DNA from: Bacteroidota bacterium
Lineage (GTDB): Bacteria; Bacteroidota; Bacteroidia; JAKFFM01
NCBI GenBank assembly: GCA_036675075.1
Contig: JAKFFM010000014.1
Location: forward strand, 39,102 to 103,101
Length of the DNA: 64,000 bases
Direction of reading: 5' to 3'
Shown here: positions 1 through 9,781 of the stretch, one piece after another
Layout of the letters: each line of letters opens with the position of its first letter
How positions within the stretch are numbered: position 1 is the first letter of the stretch
Translations under genes and position numbers: made by a program
Notes under the pieces: generated by a model
Told to the model about the DNA's origin: nothing
What the model saw: only the letters and a program-made list of their open reading frames with translations
Databases searched by the model: none

Positions 1-437
1 AAGCCAAGCGCTCTGCCATCATCAGGCGAATAGATCCTTGTAATTCCATATGCATGAAGCTCTTCAATTTCTGAAGGAAGGATCACTCCACCTCCTCCAC
101 CGAAGATGCGGATATGTGAACAGCCTCTTTCTCTGAACAGGTCATACATGTATTTGAAGTACTCCATGTGACCACCCTGGTACGATGTGATCGCAACAGC
201 ATTTGCATCTTCCTGGATCGCGCAATCAACGATCTCCTGCACACTTCGGTCATGCCCCAGATGAATCACCTCTGCTCCGCTCGACTGAATGATCCTGCGC
301 ATGATATTGATTGCAGCATCATGGCCGTCAAACAACGACGCAGCCGTAACGATACGTATCTTGTTTTTAGGAATGTATATTGTTTTTGTGGTATCCTGGA
401 TGGTTACCTGAGGATCATTTGCTGCTACAGTTGTCAT
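1..437 (-). CDS. Methylmalonyl-CoA mutase-like cobalamin(B12)-binding domain protein (partial; the C-terminus runs off the left edge of the window)
   Basis: Reverse-strand translation from the ATG at 437 reads [10 protein letters not shown]...[21 protein letters not shown]...[39 protein letters not shown]. The DGHD motif and Rossmann-like B12-binding layout are typical of the MCM C-terminal domain. The plus-strand ORF 168..593 on the opposite strand is judged spurious. Confidence 0.7.
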   Translation of the reverse strand, partial: MTTVAANDPQVTIQDTTKTIYIPKNKIRIVTAASLFDGHDAAINIMRRIIQSSGAEVIHLGHDRSVQEIVDCAIQEDANAVAITSYQGGHMEYFKYMYDLFRERGCSHIRIFGGGGGVILPSEIEELHAYGITRIYSPDDGRALG

Positions 438-495
438 AGGTCTTTACAATTCGGCAATACCAGCAAATTTAAGGTCTTTGACCGGTTAATCAAAA

Positions 496-1572
496 TCAGC
501 GGACCCCATACTCCAGCTTCAGGGAATCAAGAAATGAACGAAGGTTCCCGTTATGGTCATCATTCAATTCCTTTTCGAAAGACTTCAATTTAGAATCATA
601 CCTCACATAGCTGAGAAAGAATGCATTACCTGCTGAGTATGCTTTCTTCGCATAAGAATTGAACCTACGGTTATTGAAAGGATGATGCCTGATCTCCCGG
701 ACAAACTTCATGATCAGGGCCTGCTTGTTCTCTTTGGTCTTCTCTTCAGGGAGATTTAGTCTGTAGAGAGAATCGAGCTTTTTTGAATATTTCAGCGCTG
801 CGGTGGAGAAGGCTTTATGATCCGACCGTTCATCAAGGTATTCTTTCAGTTCCTTTGAATTTTTTCCATAGTGATGATCAAGAAACATGACAGCACCTTG
901 CTCACCGATAAAGCTTGCCAGGTTCTCATTGAAGGTGACATCACTTTTTACATAGATCGTTCCATGAGTAAGCTCATGAATGATAAGCTCTGCAAGCATG
1001 CCATCATTATTCCTTAGCATCTGAGACAAAACAGGATCCTTGAAGTATCCAAGCGTTGACCATCCACTCACCTTTCCAAGATCCGTATCATAGCCCTTTG
1101 CCTTTAGTTGTGCGCGTTCGATGATCCCCCGGTTCAGATTAAAAAACCCCTTGTAACCAACTTTTCCAACAACAGGAAATTTCCATTGATAGGATTTCAT
1201 TTCATAAGGTTCAGCAGCAGTCAGCACCCAGAGCAATGCCTTGCCCTTCTGGTCAAAAAATGTTGTATAGTTTTCGCTTTCATTGATACCTAGAGAATCG
1301 AATGCAAATTCGCGGATCTCCTGGATGAGCAGTAGTTTCCTTTTAACAGAATCAGGTGTGACAGGATCATTGATCACATCCGACACCGGTACAGCGCCAA
1401 GCACAATTTTCAGCTGGCCTTTACCCTGTGAAATTCCATAGACAAGTAATTGATTAAAGACAAGGGCAAGAATGAACAGCATGATCAGCATCCATTCAAG
1501 AACATAAAGAATAAAACGCTTTTTGTTATTCAAGTTTTTACTTTTGGCTGACGTGTTTTTTATTCTATCCAA
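496..1572 (-). CDS. Putative zinc aminopeptidase (HExxH metalloprotease, predicted-aminopeptidase family) with an N-terminal signal-anchor
   Basis: IIHELTHG HExxH motif. N-terminus has a positively charged stretch followed by a hydrophobic segment (KKRFILYVLEWMLIMLFILALVF). The first 50 nt overlap the divergent DUF218 gene, so the true start may be the internal Met near 1491. Confidence 0.55.
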   Translation of the reverse strand: MDRIKNTSAKSKNLNNKKRFILYVLEWMLIMLFILALVFNQLLVYGISQGKGQLKIVLGAVPVSDVINDPVTPDSVKRKLLLIQEIREFAFDSLGINESENYTTFFDQKGKALLWVLTAAEPYEMKSYQWKFPVVGKVGYKGFFNLNRGIIERAQLKAKGYDTDLGKVSGWSTLGYFKDPVLSQMLRNNDGMLAELIIHELTHGTIYVKSDVTFNENLASFIGEQGAVMFLDHHYGKNSKELKEYLDERSDHKAFSTAALKYSKKLDSLYRLNLPEEKTKENKQALIMKFVREIRHHPFNNRRFNSYAKKAYSAGNAFFLSYVRYDSKLKSFEKELNDDHNGNLRSFLDSLKLEYGVR

Positions 1573-2317
1573 AATTTTAGCCTTTCTGATTACCCCGCTG
1601 ATCTGGATCCTCGGGCTGTTAATTTATTCATTTATTCAGAAGGATGAGCGAAGACGCAGGAAGATCATTCTTATTTCCATTCTTCTGATATACATCTTTT
1701 CAAATCCGTTCATTTTTAATGAATGCATGCGCAGGTGGGAAGTGCCCCCCATAAAAGAAACGGAACTTGACACGAAGTATGATGCGGTGATCGTTCCTGG
1801 CGGATTATCCTTTTATGATAACGAAGTTGACAGAGTGCAGTTCGGACGGGGGAATGACAGGCTGATGCAGGCGATCCATCTTTATAAAAAAGGGCGTGCT
1901 TCAAAAATATTTTTCACCGGAGGGTCAGGCAGCATAACGTTCCCAGAAATGAAGGAAGCCCCGAACATCCGGAGTTTCCTCATTGAACTGGGCATTCCTG
2001 ATGAAGACATTCTCATTGAAAGTGATTCAAAGAATACAAGGGAGAATGCACTCTTTTCAAAACCAATTCTTGAAGAGAATTTTCCAGGTGGCAAATTTGT
2101 ACTTTCAACTTCCGCCTTTCATATGAGAAGAGCAATGGGATGCTTTGAAAAAGTCGGGATCAGCGCCGACGCATATAGCACCGACAGGTATTCCGGACCT
2201 TCACGCTATGAGCCCGACTTCCTGTTCATGCCCTCTCATGACATCTTCTTTAACTGGAATAACCTGATCCATGAGGTTGTAGGATACCTCATTTATAAAC
2301 TCGCAGGTTATATCTGA
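1523..2317 (+). CDS. DUF218/YdcF-SanA family membrane-associated protein
   Basis: N-terminal TM segment, then a YdcF-like core (VIVPGG...LYKKGRASKIFFTGGSGS...). Family assignment is from these motifs. Confidence 0.6.
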   Translation: MLFKFLLLADVFFILSKILAFLITPLIWILGLLIYSFIQKDERRRRKIILISILLIYIFSNPFIFNECMRRWEVPPIKETELDTKYDAVIVPGGLSFYDNEVDRVQFGRGNDRLMQAIHLYKKGRASKIFFTGGSGSITFPEMKEAPNIRSFLIELGIPDEDILIESDSKNTRENALFSKPILEENFPGGKFVLSTSAFHMRRAMGCFEKVGISADAYSTDRYSGPSRYEPDFLFMPSHDIFFNWNNLIHEVVGYLIYKLAGYI

Positions 2318-4924
2318 TCAGAGGTTTTCCAACTGCTCTTTCAATGCCTTGATCTTCGCTTCAGCATCAGCCTGCTTCTTCTTTTCATTCTCAACAACCT
2401 CTGGCTTTGCATTCGAAACGAACTTTTCATTCGCAAGCTTTGATTGCACTGATTTCAGAAAGCCCATATTGTATTCGAGCTCTTTCTGGATCCGTTCTTT
2501 CTCTGCATCAGTATCAATGGATTCTCCATAAGGAATGAAAAATTCAGAAGTTCCAACCATGAAGGTGATCGCACCCTTCGGCTTTTCCTGCAAGGTACTT
2601 ATCATGGAAAGGTTTCCGAGTCGCCTGATGATCGGATCAAAAAGAATTCCACGGTCTGAAGAGATCGTCTGCAGCTCAATCTGATCACGCATAGGAATGT
2701 TCTTCTGCTTGCGGATGTTCCTGATCGATGTCACAATTTCTGAAGCCGTGGTGAATGCCTTATTGAGATCCGTTTTCACATCTCCTCCTTTGGGCCAGGA
2801 AGACACAATGATGTCATCCCCTTCTTTCCGCTCCCTGGATAAATGCCAGATCTCTTCAGAAATAAATGGCATGAAAGGATGCAGCACCTTCAACAGATTT
2901 TCAAAGAACCCAAGAGCCTGTTCGAGCGTCTTCTTATCAACCGGCTTTTGAAAATCAGGCTTGATCATTTCGAGATACCATGCACAGTAATCATCCCACA
3001 CAAGCTTGTATGTTGACATCAATGCATCCGACATCCTATACTTTGCATAATGGTCATCGATCTCCTTCAGTGATTCATTGAATCTTGAAGAAAACCATTC
3101 ACCCGCAATCTTATTTGTTTCCGGTTGAGCCTGGTCTGTTACTTCCCATCCTTTGATCAGACGGAATGCATTCCAGATCTTGTTTGCAAAGTTTCTTCCC
3201 TGCTCACAAAGACCTTCATCAAAAAGAAGATCGTTACCTGCAGGAGAGGATAACAGCATTCCTACTCTGACACCATCAGCACCGTACTGCGCAATAAGAT
3301 CAAGCGGATCAGGGGAATTACCAAGGGATTTAGACATCTTTCTTCCCTGCTTGTCTCTAACGATACCCGTGAGGTAAACATTGGAGAATGGCTTTTGTCC
3401 GCGATATTCATATCCTGCAATGATCATTCTTGCCACCCAGAAGAAAAGGATCTCGGGAGCTGTTATCAGGTCGTTTGTAGGATAATAGTAATTGATGTCT
3501 TTATTGTCTGGATCCTTGAATCCATCGAATACAGAGATCGGCCATAACCAGGAAGAGAACCATGTATCAAGCACATCATCATCCTGGCGAAGTGATGTGA
3601 ATTTTATTCCTTTTTCACGAAGCAGATTTTCAGCTTCATCCTGAGTTTTAGCGACAACATATTCGCCTTTCTCCGTGTACCAGGCAGGAATACGCTGTCC
3701 CCACCATAGCTGACGCGAAATGCACCAGTCGTGAACATTCTCCATCCAGTGCCTGTAAGTATTGATGAACTTTTCAGGGATAAAGCGGATGTTTCCATTG
3801 AGTACATTTTCAAGAGCTGGCTGGGAGACCTTGTCCATCTTCAGAAACCACTGCATCGATAGTCTTGGTTCAATGACAGCATCAGTACGTTCCGAGTAGC
3901 CGACTTTATTTTTGATGTCTTCTGCTTTAACCAGCTGACCCATGGCATCAAGATCTTTTGCGATCTGCTTTCTTACAACGAACCTGTCCTGGCCAACATA
4001 ATGTTCAGCCACAGGAGCAAGCTTACCTTCCGGTGTAAGCACATCGATCACCTCGAGGTTGTGCTTTATTGCCAGGTTATAATCGTTGATATCGTGGGCA
4101 GGTGTAACCTTCAAAGCACCTGTTCCGAACTCCATGGTGATGTATTCATCGAAAATGATCGGAACTGAACGGTTGATGATCGGGATGATGGCTCTTTTAC
4201 CTTTCAGATGGCGGTATCTTTCATCATCAGGGTGAACACAGACAGCAGTATCAGCAAGGATGGTTTCAGGCCTGGTTGTTGCAATAGTGATCCATTCGTC
4301 CTGGCTGTCCTCTATTTTATATTTTACATAATAAAGCTTTGAATTAACCTCTTTATGGATAACTTCTTCATCGCTGACAGCCGTAAGTCCCTGAGGATCC
4401 CAGTTGACCATACGAACACCACGGTAGATCTGGCCTTTTCTGAACAGGTCGATAAAAACATCGATCACTGCGTCGCTCAGGTCAGGGTCCATTGTGAAGC
4501 GGGTACGCTCCCAGTCGCATGAAGCCCCCAGCTTTTTAAGCTGTTCCAGGATGATACCGCCATATTTTTCCTTCCACTCCCAGGCATATTTGAGAAATTC
4601 TTCCCTTGTAAGCTGTTCCTTAGAAATACCTTTCTGCTTCAGCAAGGCAACCACTTTAGCTTCCGTTGCAATTGAAGCATGGTCTGTTCCAGGGACCCAG
4701 CAGGCGTTTTTGCCCATCATCCGAGCACGACGGATCAGCACATCCTGGATCGTGTTATTCAGCATATGGCCCATGTGAAGGACACCTGTGACATTCGGAG
4801 GAGGGATTACGATCGTATAAGGCTCACGTTCATCCGGTTCAGAATGAAAATAATTCTTTTCAAGCCAGAATGAATACCATTTATCTTCAACAGCAGCAGG
4901 GTCGTAAACCTTAGGAATTTCCAT
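2318..4924 (-). CDS. valS: Valine--tRNA ligase
   Basis: 868 aa. Class-I HIGH motif (PNVTGVLHMGHMLNNTIQD) and KMSKS motif (KMSKSLGN). C-terminal coiled-coil typical of ValRS. Confidence 0.97.
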   Translation of the reverse strand: MEIPKVYDPAAVEDKWYSFWLEKNYFHSEPDEREPYTIVIPPPNVTGVLHMGHMLNNTIQDVLIRRARMMGKNACWVPGTDHASIATEAKVVALLKQKGISKEQLTREEFLKYAWEWKEKYGGIILEQLKKLGASCDWERTRFTMDPDLSDAVIDVFIDLFRKGQIYRGVRMVNWDPQGLTAVSDEEVIHKEVNSKLYYVKYKIEDSQDEWITIATTRPETILADTAVCVHPDDERYRHLKGKRAIIPIINRSVPIIFDEYITMEFGTGALKVTPAHDINDYNLAIKHNLEVIDVLTPEGKLAPVAEHYVGQDRFVVRKQIAKDLDAMGQLVKAEDIKNKVGYSERTDAVIEPRLSMQWFLKMDKVSQPALENVLNGNIRFIPEKFINTYRHWMENVHDWCISRQLWWGQRIPAWYTEKGEYVVAKTQDEAENLLREKGIKFTSLRQDDDVLDTWFSSWLWPISVFDGFKDPDNKDINYYYPTNDLITAPEILFFWVARMIIAGYEYRGQKPFSNVYLTGIVRDKQGRKMSKSLGNSPDPLDLIAQYGADGVRVGMLLSSPAGNDLLFDEGLCEQGRNFANKIWNAFRLIKGWEVTDQAQPETNKIAGEWFSSRFNESLKEIDDHYAKYRMSDALMSTYKLVWDDYCAWYLEMIKPDFQKPVDKKTLEQALGFFENLLKVLHPFMPFISEEIWHLSRERKEGDDIIVSSWPKGGDVKTDLNKAFTTASEIVTSIRNIRKQKNIPMRDQIELQTISSDRGILFDPIIRRLGNLSMISTLQEKPKGAITFMVGTSEFFIPYGESIDTDAEKERIQKELEYNMGFLKSVQSKLANEKFVSNAKPEVVENEKKKQADAEAKIKALKEQLENL

Positions 4925-5078
4925 AAACTATGCGGTATTTAAAGGCGGCAAAGGTACTAAAACAATAATTTCGCAGAAACCCGTTTTACATGGAATTTAT
5001 GGCATGGTTTCTGTAATCGGCGCCTAAAAAATAAAACGCTAATATTTAATAACTTTGCACAGCTCAAACGTTAAAAAT

Positions 5079-5531
5079 ATGATGAGGACACTACTATTTT
5101 CTTTCTTGTTTTCAGTGATCGCATTTCCGGCATTCAGCCAGGATGGCAAGCCAGCAGCAACAGCACAGATCACCTTTGAAAAAATGATCCATGATTATGG
5201 AACCATCAGCCAGGGTGCAGATGGAAACGTTGAATTCACCTTTAAAAACACAGGAAAACAGCCATTGATCATCTCAAATGCGCGGGCATCCTGTGGGTGT
5301 ACAACTCCTATCTGGCCAAAGGAACCGATCAAGCCAGGAGCATCAGGAACCATTAAAGTTGGTTATGATACCAAGCGGGTTGGTGCATTTACAAAAACCA
5401 TTACGATCACAACCAACTCACAGACACCGGAAACCGTTCTAACCATCAAGGGCCTTGTTAATGCAGCACCTGTTGAAGAAACATTCCCTGGTAAGAAAGT
5501 TGAAGGAGCAGTACCACTGGAAAGACAATAA
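5079..5531 (+). CDS. DUF1573 domain lipoprotein/secreted protein (paralog 1)
   Basis: The ORF track begins at a TTG (5055). The ATG at 5079 gives a clean signal peptide, MMRTLLFSFLFSVIAFPAFSQ. Conserved core ...KNTGKQPLIISNARASCGCTTPIWPKEPIKPG... matches the DUF1573 pattern and the next gene. Confidence 0.75.
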   Translation: MMRTLLFSFLFSVIAFPAFSQDGKPAATAQITFEKMIHDYGTISQGADGNVEFTFKNTGKQPLIISNARASCGCTTPIWPKEPIKPGASGTIKVGYDTKRVGAFTKTITITTNSQTPETVLTIKGLVNAAPVEETFPGKKVEGAVPLERQ

Positions 5532-5577
5532 AATTTTAACATAACCGATAATTATTAATCAATAACACAATTACAAC

Positions 5578-6000
5578 ATGAAAAAGATCCTTGCATCACT
5601 AGGTTTATTTATGATGGTGGCAGTTGGAGCAAATGCTCAGGAAAAGCCTGCAAACCCGAACGCACCTGAAATGAAGTTTGACAAAGAAGTATTTGAGTTC
5701 GGAACGATCAAGCAAGGTGCTACCGTTGAGCATGAGTTCAAATTCAAGAATACTGGGAAAGAGCCGTTGATCATTACACAGGCACAGGGTTCATGTGGAT
5801 GTACTGTTCCTACATGGCCAAAAGAACCGATCAAGAAAGGTGAAACAGGAATTATCAAGATCGCATTTAACTCTGCTGGTAAAATGGGTGCACAGGATAA
5901 AACAGTGACCATCACTTCCAATGCAAAGAATAATCCGGTGGTTCTTCACATCAAAGGAACCATTGAAAAGCCAGCTGAAACAGCTGCTCCTGCCAAGTAA
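5578..6000 (+). CDS. DUF1573 domain secreted protein (paralog 2)
   Basis: Signal peptide. Core KNTGKEPLIITQAQGSCGCTVPTWPKEPIKKG is nearly identical to the upstream paralog. Followed by an intrinsic terminator. Confidence 0.75.
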   Translation: MKKILASLGLFMMVAVGANAQEKPANPNAPEMKFDKEVFEFGTIKQGATVEHEFKFKNTGKEPLIITQAQGSCGCTVPTWPKEPIKKGETGIIKIAFNSAGKMGAQDKTVTITSNAKNNPVVLHIKGTIEKPAETAAPAK

Positions 6001-6024
6001 GGCAAAGGAATAATTCTTAACTTT

Positions 6025-6056
6025 GTCCCGGTCTAAAAAAGGCCGGGACTTTTTAT
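6025..6056 (+). terminator. Rho-independent terminator after the DUF1573 pair
   Basis: GTCCCGG (6025-6031), loop, CCGGGAC (6043-6049), followed by TTTTTATTTT. Confidence 0.6.
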
Positions 6057-6065
6057 TTTATAACC

Positions 6066-7289
6066 ATGCCAGCAATCTCAGAAAAAGGACACAACATGCC
6101 GTCCTCACCGATCAGGAAACTAGTTCCATATGCGGAAAAAGCCAGGAGAGAAGGAAAGACGATCTATCACCTGAATATCGGGCAACCTGATATTGAAACT
6201 CCGGAAATTATGCTTGAAGCGATCCGGAACTTCAAACCACAAATTATAGAATACAGCCATAGTGCAGGAATGGAAAGCTACAGACGAAAGCTGACCACCT
6301 ACTATAAGAAATACAACATTGATCTTGACTTTAATGAGATCATGATCACAACAGGGGGATCAGAGGCAATCGAGATTGCGATCATGACCTGTCTAAACCC
6401 AGGTGACGAGATCATTGTTCCTGAGCCTTTCTATGCCAACTACAACGGTTTCTCAACACAGGCCGACGTTAAGATCAAACCAGTAAGATCACATATTGAA
6501 AATGGTTTCGCTTTACCTCCCATCTCTGAGTTTGAAAAGGTGATCACACCGAAAACCAAAGCGATCATGATCTGTAATCCGGGAAATCCAACAGGATACC
6601 TGTATTCAAAAGAAGAGCTGGAGGCATTAAAGGAGATCGTTCTGAAACATGACCTCTACCTTTTCTCAGATGAAGTTTACAGGGAATTCTGCTATGATGG
6701 AAAAAGCTACGTTTCTGTAATGCATCTGAAAGGGATCGAAAACAATGTGGTCATGCTTGATTCAATCTCCAAGCGTTACAGCGCATGTGGAGCACGAATC
6801 GGTGCCCTTATTTCAAAAAACAAGGAAGTGATGGCAGCTGCGCTTAAGTTCGCTCAGGCACGATTAAGTCCGCCTACCTTCGGACAGGTGGCCGCTGAAG
6901 CAGCACTCGACACACCAGATTCATATTTCACTTCAGTGATCACTGAATATACAAGACGCCGCGATTACCTTATTGAAGCGTTGAATAAAATTGAAGGAGT
7001 GTTCTGTCCAAAACCGAGCGGCGCATTTTATTGCATTGCACGACTACCGATCGACAATGCCGATAAATTCTGTCAGTGGCTTCTTGAAGATTTCAGCTAT
7101 GAAAACAAAACGCTGATGCTCGCACCGGCTACCGGCTTCTATTCTGATCCATCAATCGGAGTTGATGAAGTGCGTCTTGCTTATGTTCTCAACCTTGAAT
7201 CATTGAAAAACGCAATGATATGCCTTGAGAAAGCGCTTGAAGTGTATCCTGGAAGAAAGGTCATAAAAAAAGCAGAAGCAGCACTCTGA
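6066..7289 (+). CDS. Pyridoxal-phosphate-dependent aminotransferase, class I/II (aspartate/alanine aminotransferase-like)
   Basis: 407 aa. PLP-lysine motif SISKRYSACGARIGAL. Typical fold-type I length and layout. Confidence 0.85.
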   Translation: MPAISEKGHNMPSSPIRKLVPYAEKARREGKTIYHLNIGQPDIETPEIMLEAIRNFKPQIIEYSHSAGMESYRRKLTTYYKKYNIDLDFNEIMITTGGSEAIEIAIMTCLNPGDEIIVPEPFYANYNGFSTQADVKIKPVRSHIENGFALPPISEFEKVITPKTKAIMICNPGNPTGYLYSKEELEALKEIVLKHDLYLFSDEVYREFCYDGKSYVSVMHLKGIENNVVMLDSISKRYSACGARIGALISKNKEVMAAALKFAQARLSPPTFGQVAAEAALDTPDSYFTSVITEYTRRRDYLIEALNKIEGVFCPKPSGAFYCIARLPIDNADKFCQWLLEDFSYENKTLMLAPATGFYSDPSIGVDEVRLAYVLNLESLKNAMICLEKALEVYPGRKVIKKAEAAL

Positions 7290-7291
7290 TC

Positions 7292-8467
7292 CTATTCCGC
7301 GTAAAGCAGGTATTTCTTACGCTTTTCTTTAAACTCTGACAGAGCAGGCTCCCATGATAGTCTGATCTCAGCTTCAGACTGGCCTTCCCTGATCTGTTTT
7401 TCAAGTTGATCAGTACCCGCAAGGTTTTTAAAGTAGGAGTTAAAGAATGTTTCTTTCTTCTCGCTCTCTTTGTACATTCTGATCACCCATGAAAGATCAA
7501 GCTTCTTTTCTTTCAGAATGTGTTCAGACAGATAAGTAAGGTCATAGCCATTACATAACTGTCCTTCATAAGGCGGTGTTTTTGAAGCTCCTTTAATGCT
7601 TCGGGGCGTAAATTCATAATCACCAACTTTATGTCCGGGATACCCAATGACTGTAAAGGGTTCATCAGTACCTCTACCCACGCTTACAATCGTTCCTTCG
7701 AAAAAGCACACAGAAGGATAGAGATAGATCGATCGCATGGTTGGAAGATTTGGAGAAGGCTTCACTGGCAGATCATATGTTGAACTGTGCGAGTAATTTT
7801 TACAAAGCACATAGCTGAGATTGCATTTTAAACCACCTTTCAGCCATCCCTGATCATTAGCCATGAGCGCATATTCTGCGATCGTGAGTCCATAAACAAC
7901 AGGCACAGGATCAAGGCCAACAAACGATTTGCAGTTATCATCACGCATAGGACCATCTACATAAAACCCATTTGGATTTGGACGATCCAGGATCAGGTAT
8001 GGCTTTTTAAGTTCAGCGCATGCTTCCATTACAAGCCGCATAGTGCTCACATAAGTATAGAATCTGACACCAACATCCTGCATGTCATACACCACGATAT
8101 CCACATCAGCAAGATCTGCTGGTTTGGGCTTTTGATGAGCGCCGTATAGCGAAATGATAGGAATGCCTGTCTTTTTATCTTTTCCGCTTTTAATTTTTGC
8201 ACCGGCATCTTCTGTACCTCTGAAACCATGTTCAGGGCTCATGATCTTTTTAATATTCACCTTAAGGCTCAGCAATGTATCCAGGAGGTGCGTATTGTTG
8301 ATCCTTGAAGTATGATTGGCAACAAGGGCGACACGCTTCCCCTGAAGCAATGGTAAATATTGATCAAGCTGGTATACTCCAGGCAGGATCTCCTGTGCAC
8401 GAAGAACAGAAACTGAAAAAATCAGAGCAACACAAACAAGTAAAAACCTACGAAAGCGAAATGGCAT
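7292..8467 (-). CDS. DUF1343 family protein (NamZ-like exo-beta-N-acetylmuramidase family)
   Basis: Signal peptide. N-terminal KRVALVANHTSR motif and overall length fit the DUF1343/YzbB family. Confidence 0.65.
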   Translation of the reverse strand: MPFRFRRFLLVCVALIFSVSVLRAQEILPGVYQLDQYLPLLQGKRVALVANHTSRINNTHLLDTLLSLKVNIKKIMSPEHGFRGTEDAGAKIKSGKDKKTGIPIISLYGAHQKPKPADLADVDIVVYDMQDVGVRFYTYVSTMRLVMEACAELKKPYLILDRPNPNGFYVDGPMRDDNCKSFVGLDPVPVVYGLTIAEYALMANDQGWLKGGLKCNLSYVLCKNYSHSSTYDLPVKPSPNLPTMRSIYLYPSVCFFEGTIVSVGRGTDEPFTVIGYPGHKVGDYEFTPRSIKGASKTPPYEGQLCNGYDLTYLSEHILKEKKLDLSWVIRMYKESEKKETFFNSYFKNLAGTDQLEKQIREGQSEAEIRLSWEPALSEFKEKRKKYLLYAE

Positions 8468-8522
8468 ACTATTTAAATACTAATTTTACCGAAGCCGTAA
8501 ATCTAAGGCTAATTCTGCAACG

Positions 8523-9746
8523 TTGAATTTCGAATGGTTCATAGCTAAGCATGTTATCGGCAGAAAGCTGAAAGGCAACCGTCTTTCCGGCCTTATCATA
8601 AATATTGCCATACTTGCCATCGCGCTGAGTCTTGCAGTGATGATCATCTCTGTTTCAGTGCTCCAGGGCTTTCAGACAGAGATCAAAGATAAAGTTGCGG
8701 GATTCGCATCGCACATCCAGATCAGCAACTACCAGCAGAATAATTCTTATGAATGGACACCGATAAAAAAGGATCAGCCATTCCTATCGACATTAAAGAG
8801 TGATCCTGCAATAAGGCATGTCCAGGTTTTCGCACAGAAAGCAGGGATCCTCAAAACTGAAGAGGATATGGAAGGCGTGATCCTCAAAGGGATCGGAACA
8901 GATTTCGACTGGACATTCTTTAATGATAAAGTGATCGATGGAAAATTCTTCCGTGTAAGAGAAGGAGAAAAATCTGATTCCATCGTGATCTCCAAAAAGC
9001 TTGCGAACAGGCTGGGATTAAAATTGAATGATGCGGCGAGTCTGTACTTTATTCAGCAGCCACCAAGAGTCCGTAAATTCTATATCTCAGGCATTTATGA
9101 AAGCGGACTTGAAGATTTTGACAACAAATTTCTCTTTGCGGATATTGGGCATATTCAAAAGCTCAATGACTGGGATTCCACGCTGGTGGGAGGATTTGAA
9201 ATTTTCCTCAACGATTTTTCGGCACTTGACAAGGAAGGTGAAAGGATCTATGAGATGGTCGGATATGATCTGAATGCACGGACTGTCACGGACCTTTATC
9301 CACAGATCTTTGACTGGCTTAACCTTACGGACATGAACGTTCAGGTCATTCTTATCCTGATGATCATTGTGGCAGTGATCAATATGAGTACGGCACTTCT
9401 GATCCTTATCCTCGAAAGAACAAATTTTATCGGAACACTTAAAGCACTTGGGGCTTCCAACTGGTCCATACGCAAGATCTTCCTGTATCATGCATCAGTG
9501 CTCATCAGCCGAGGATTGTTATGGGGGAATCTTGTGGGAATAGGTACCTGCTACCTTCAGCTCAAAACCGGCATGTTTGAACTTGACCAGGAAAGCTACT
9601 ATATGCAATATGTGCCCGTGCAGCTTGATGTAAGCACGATCCTCCTGCTCAATATCGGAACTCTCGTGATCTGCGTGCTGATCATGCTCCTGCCTTCCTT
9701 TCTTGTAACGAGGATCAGTCCAGTAAAAGCGATACGATTCGCCTGA
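8523..9746 (+). CDS. ABC transporter permease, FtsX/LolC-LolE family
   Basis: 407 aa. N-terminal TM, large periplasmic MacB-like domain, three C-terminal TMs (FtsX-like). Apparent TTG start at 8523 with no upstream in-frame ATG. Confidence 0.8.
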   Translation: MNFEWFIAKHVIGRKLKGNRLSGLIINIAILAIALSLAVMIISVSVLQGFQTEIKDKVAGFASHIQISNYQQNNSYEWTPIKKDQPFLSTLKSDPAIRHVQVFAQKAGILKTEEDMEGVILKGIGTDFDWTFFNDKVIDGKFFRVREGEKSDSIVISKKLANRLGLKLNDAASLYFIQQPPRVRKFYISGIYESGLEDFDNKFLFADIGHIQKLNDWDSTLVGGFEIFLNDFSALDKEGERIYEMVGYDLNARTVTDLYPQIFDWLNLTDMNVQVILILMIIVAVINMSTALLILILERTNFIGTLKALGASNWSIRKIFLYHASVLISRGLLWGNLVGIGTCYLQLKTGMFELDQESYYMQYVPVQLDVSTILLLNIGTLVICVLIMLLPSFLVTRISPVKAIRFA

Positions 9747-9765
9747 CAAGGTCGTTTCATTTTTA

Positions 9766-9773
9766 TACCTTTG
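9766..9773 (+). promoter_or_regulatory. Putative Bacteroidota sigma-A -7 box (TACCTTTG) 8 nt upstream of the cystathionine beta-synthase start
   Basis: Matches the TAnnTTTG consensus. The -33 TTG element is not evident. Confidence 0.3.
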
Positions 9774-9781
9774 CCGCCATC

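Noticed and set aside
168-593. 141-aa plus-strand ORF at the left edge
   Set aside because: It lies antisense to a clear methylmalonyl-CoA-mutase-type B12-binding domain on the minus strand. Its composition is Cys/Arg-rich and low-complexity, and it has no domain signal. Most of the many 60-130-aa ORFs antisense to large genes have the same nature, for example 2349..2531, 18598..19263, 36510..37034, 44536..45423, 53128..53424 and 62248..62655.
6018-6056. Possible riboswitch or attenuator upstream of the aminotransferase
   Set aside because: The hairpin plus T-run is fully explained as the intrinsic terminator of the upstream DUF1573 gene. The region is too short (~65 nt) for a known riboswitch class.
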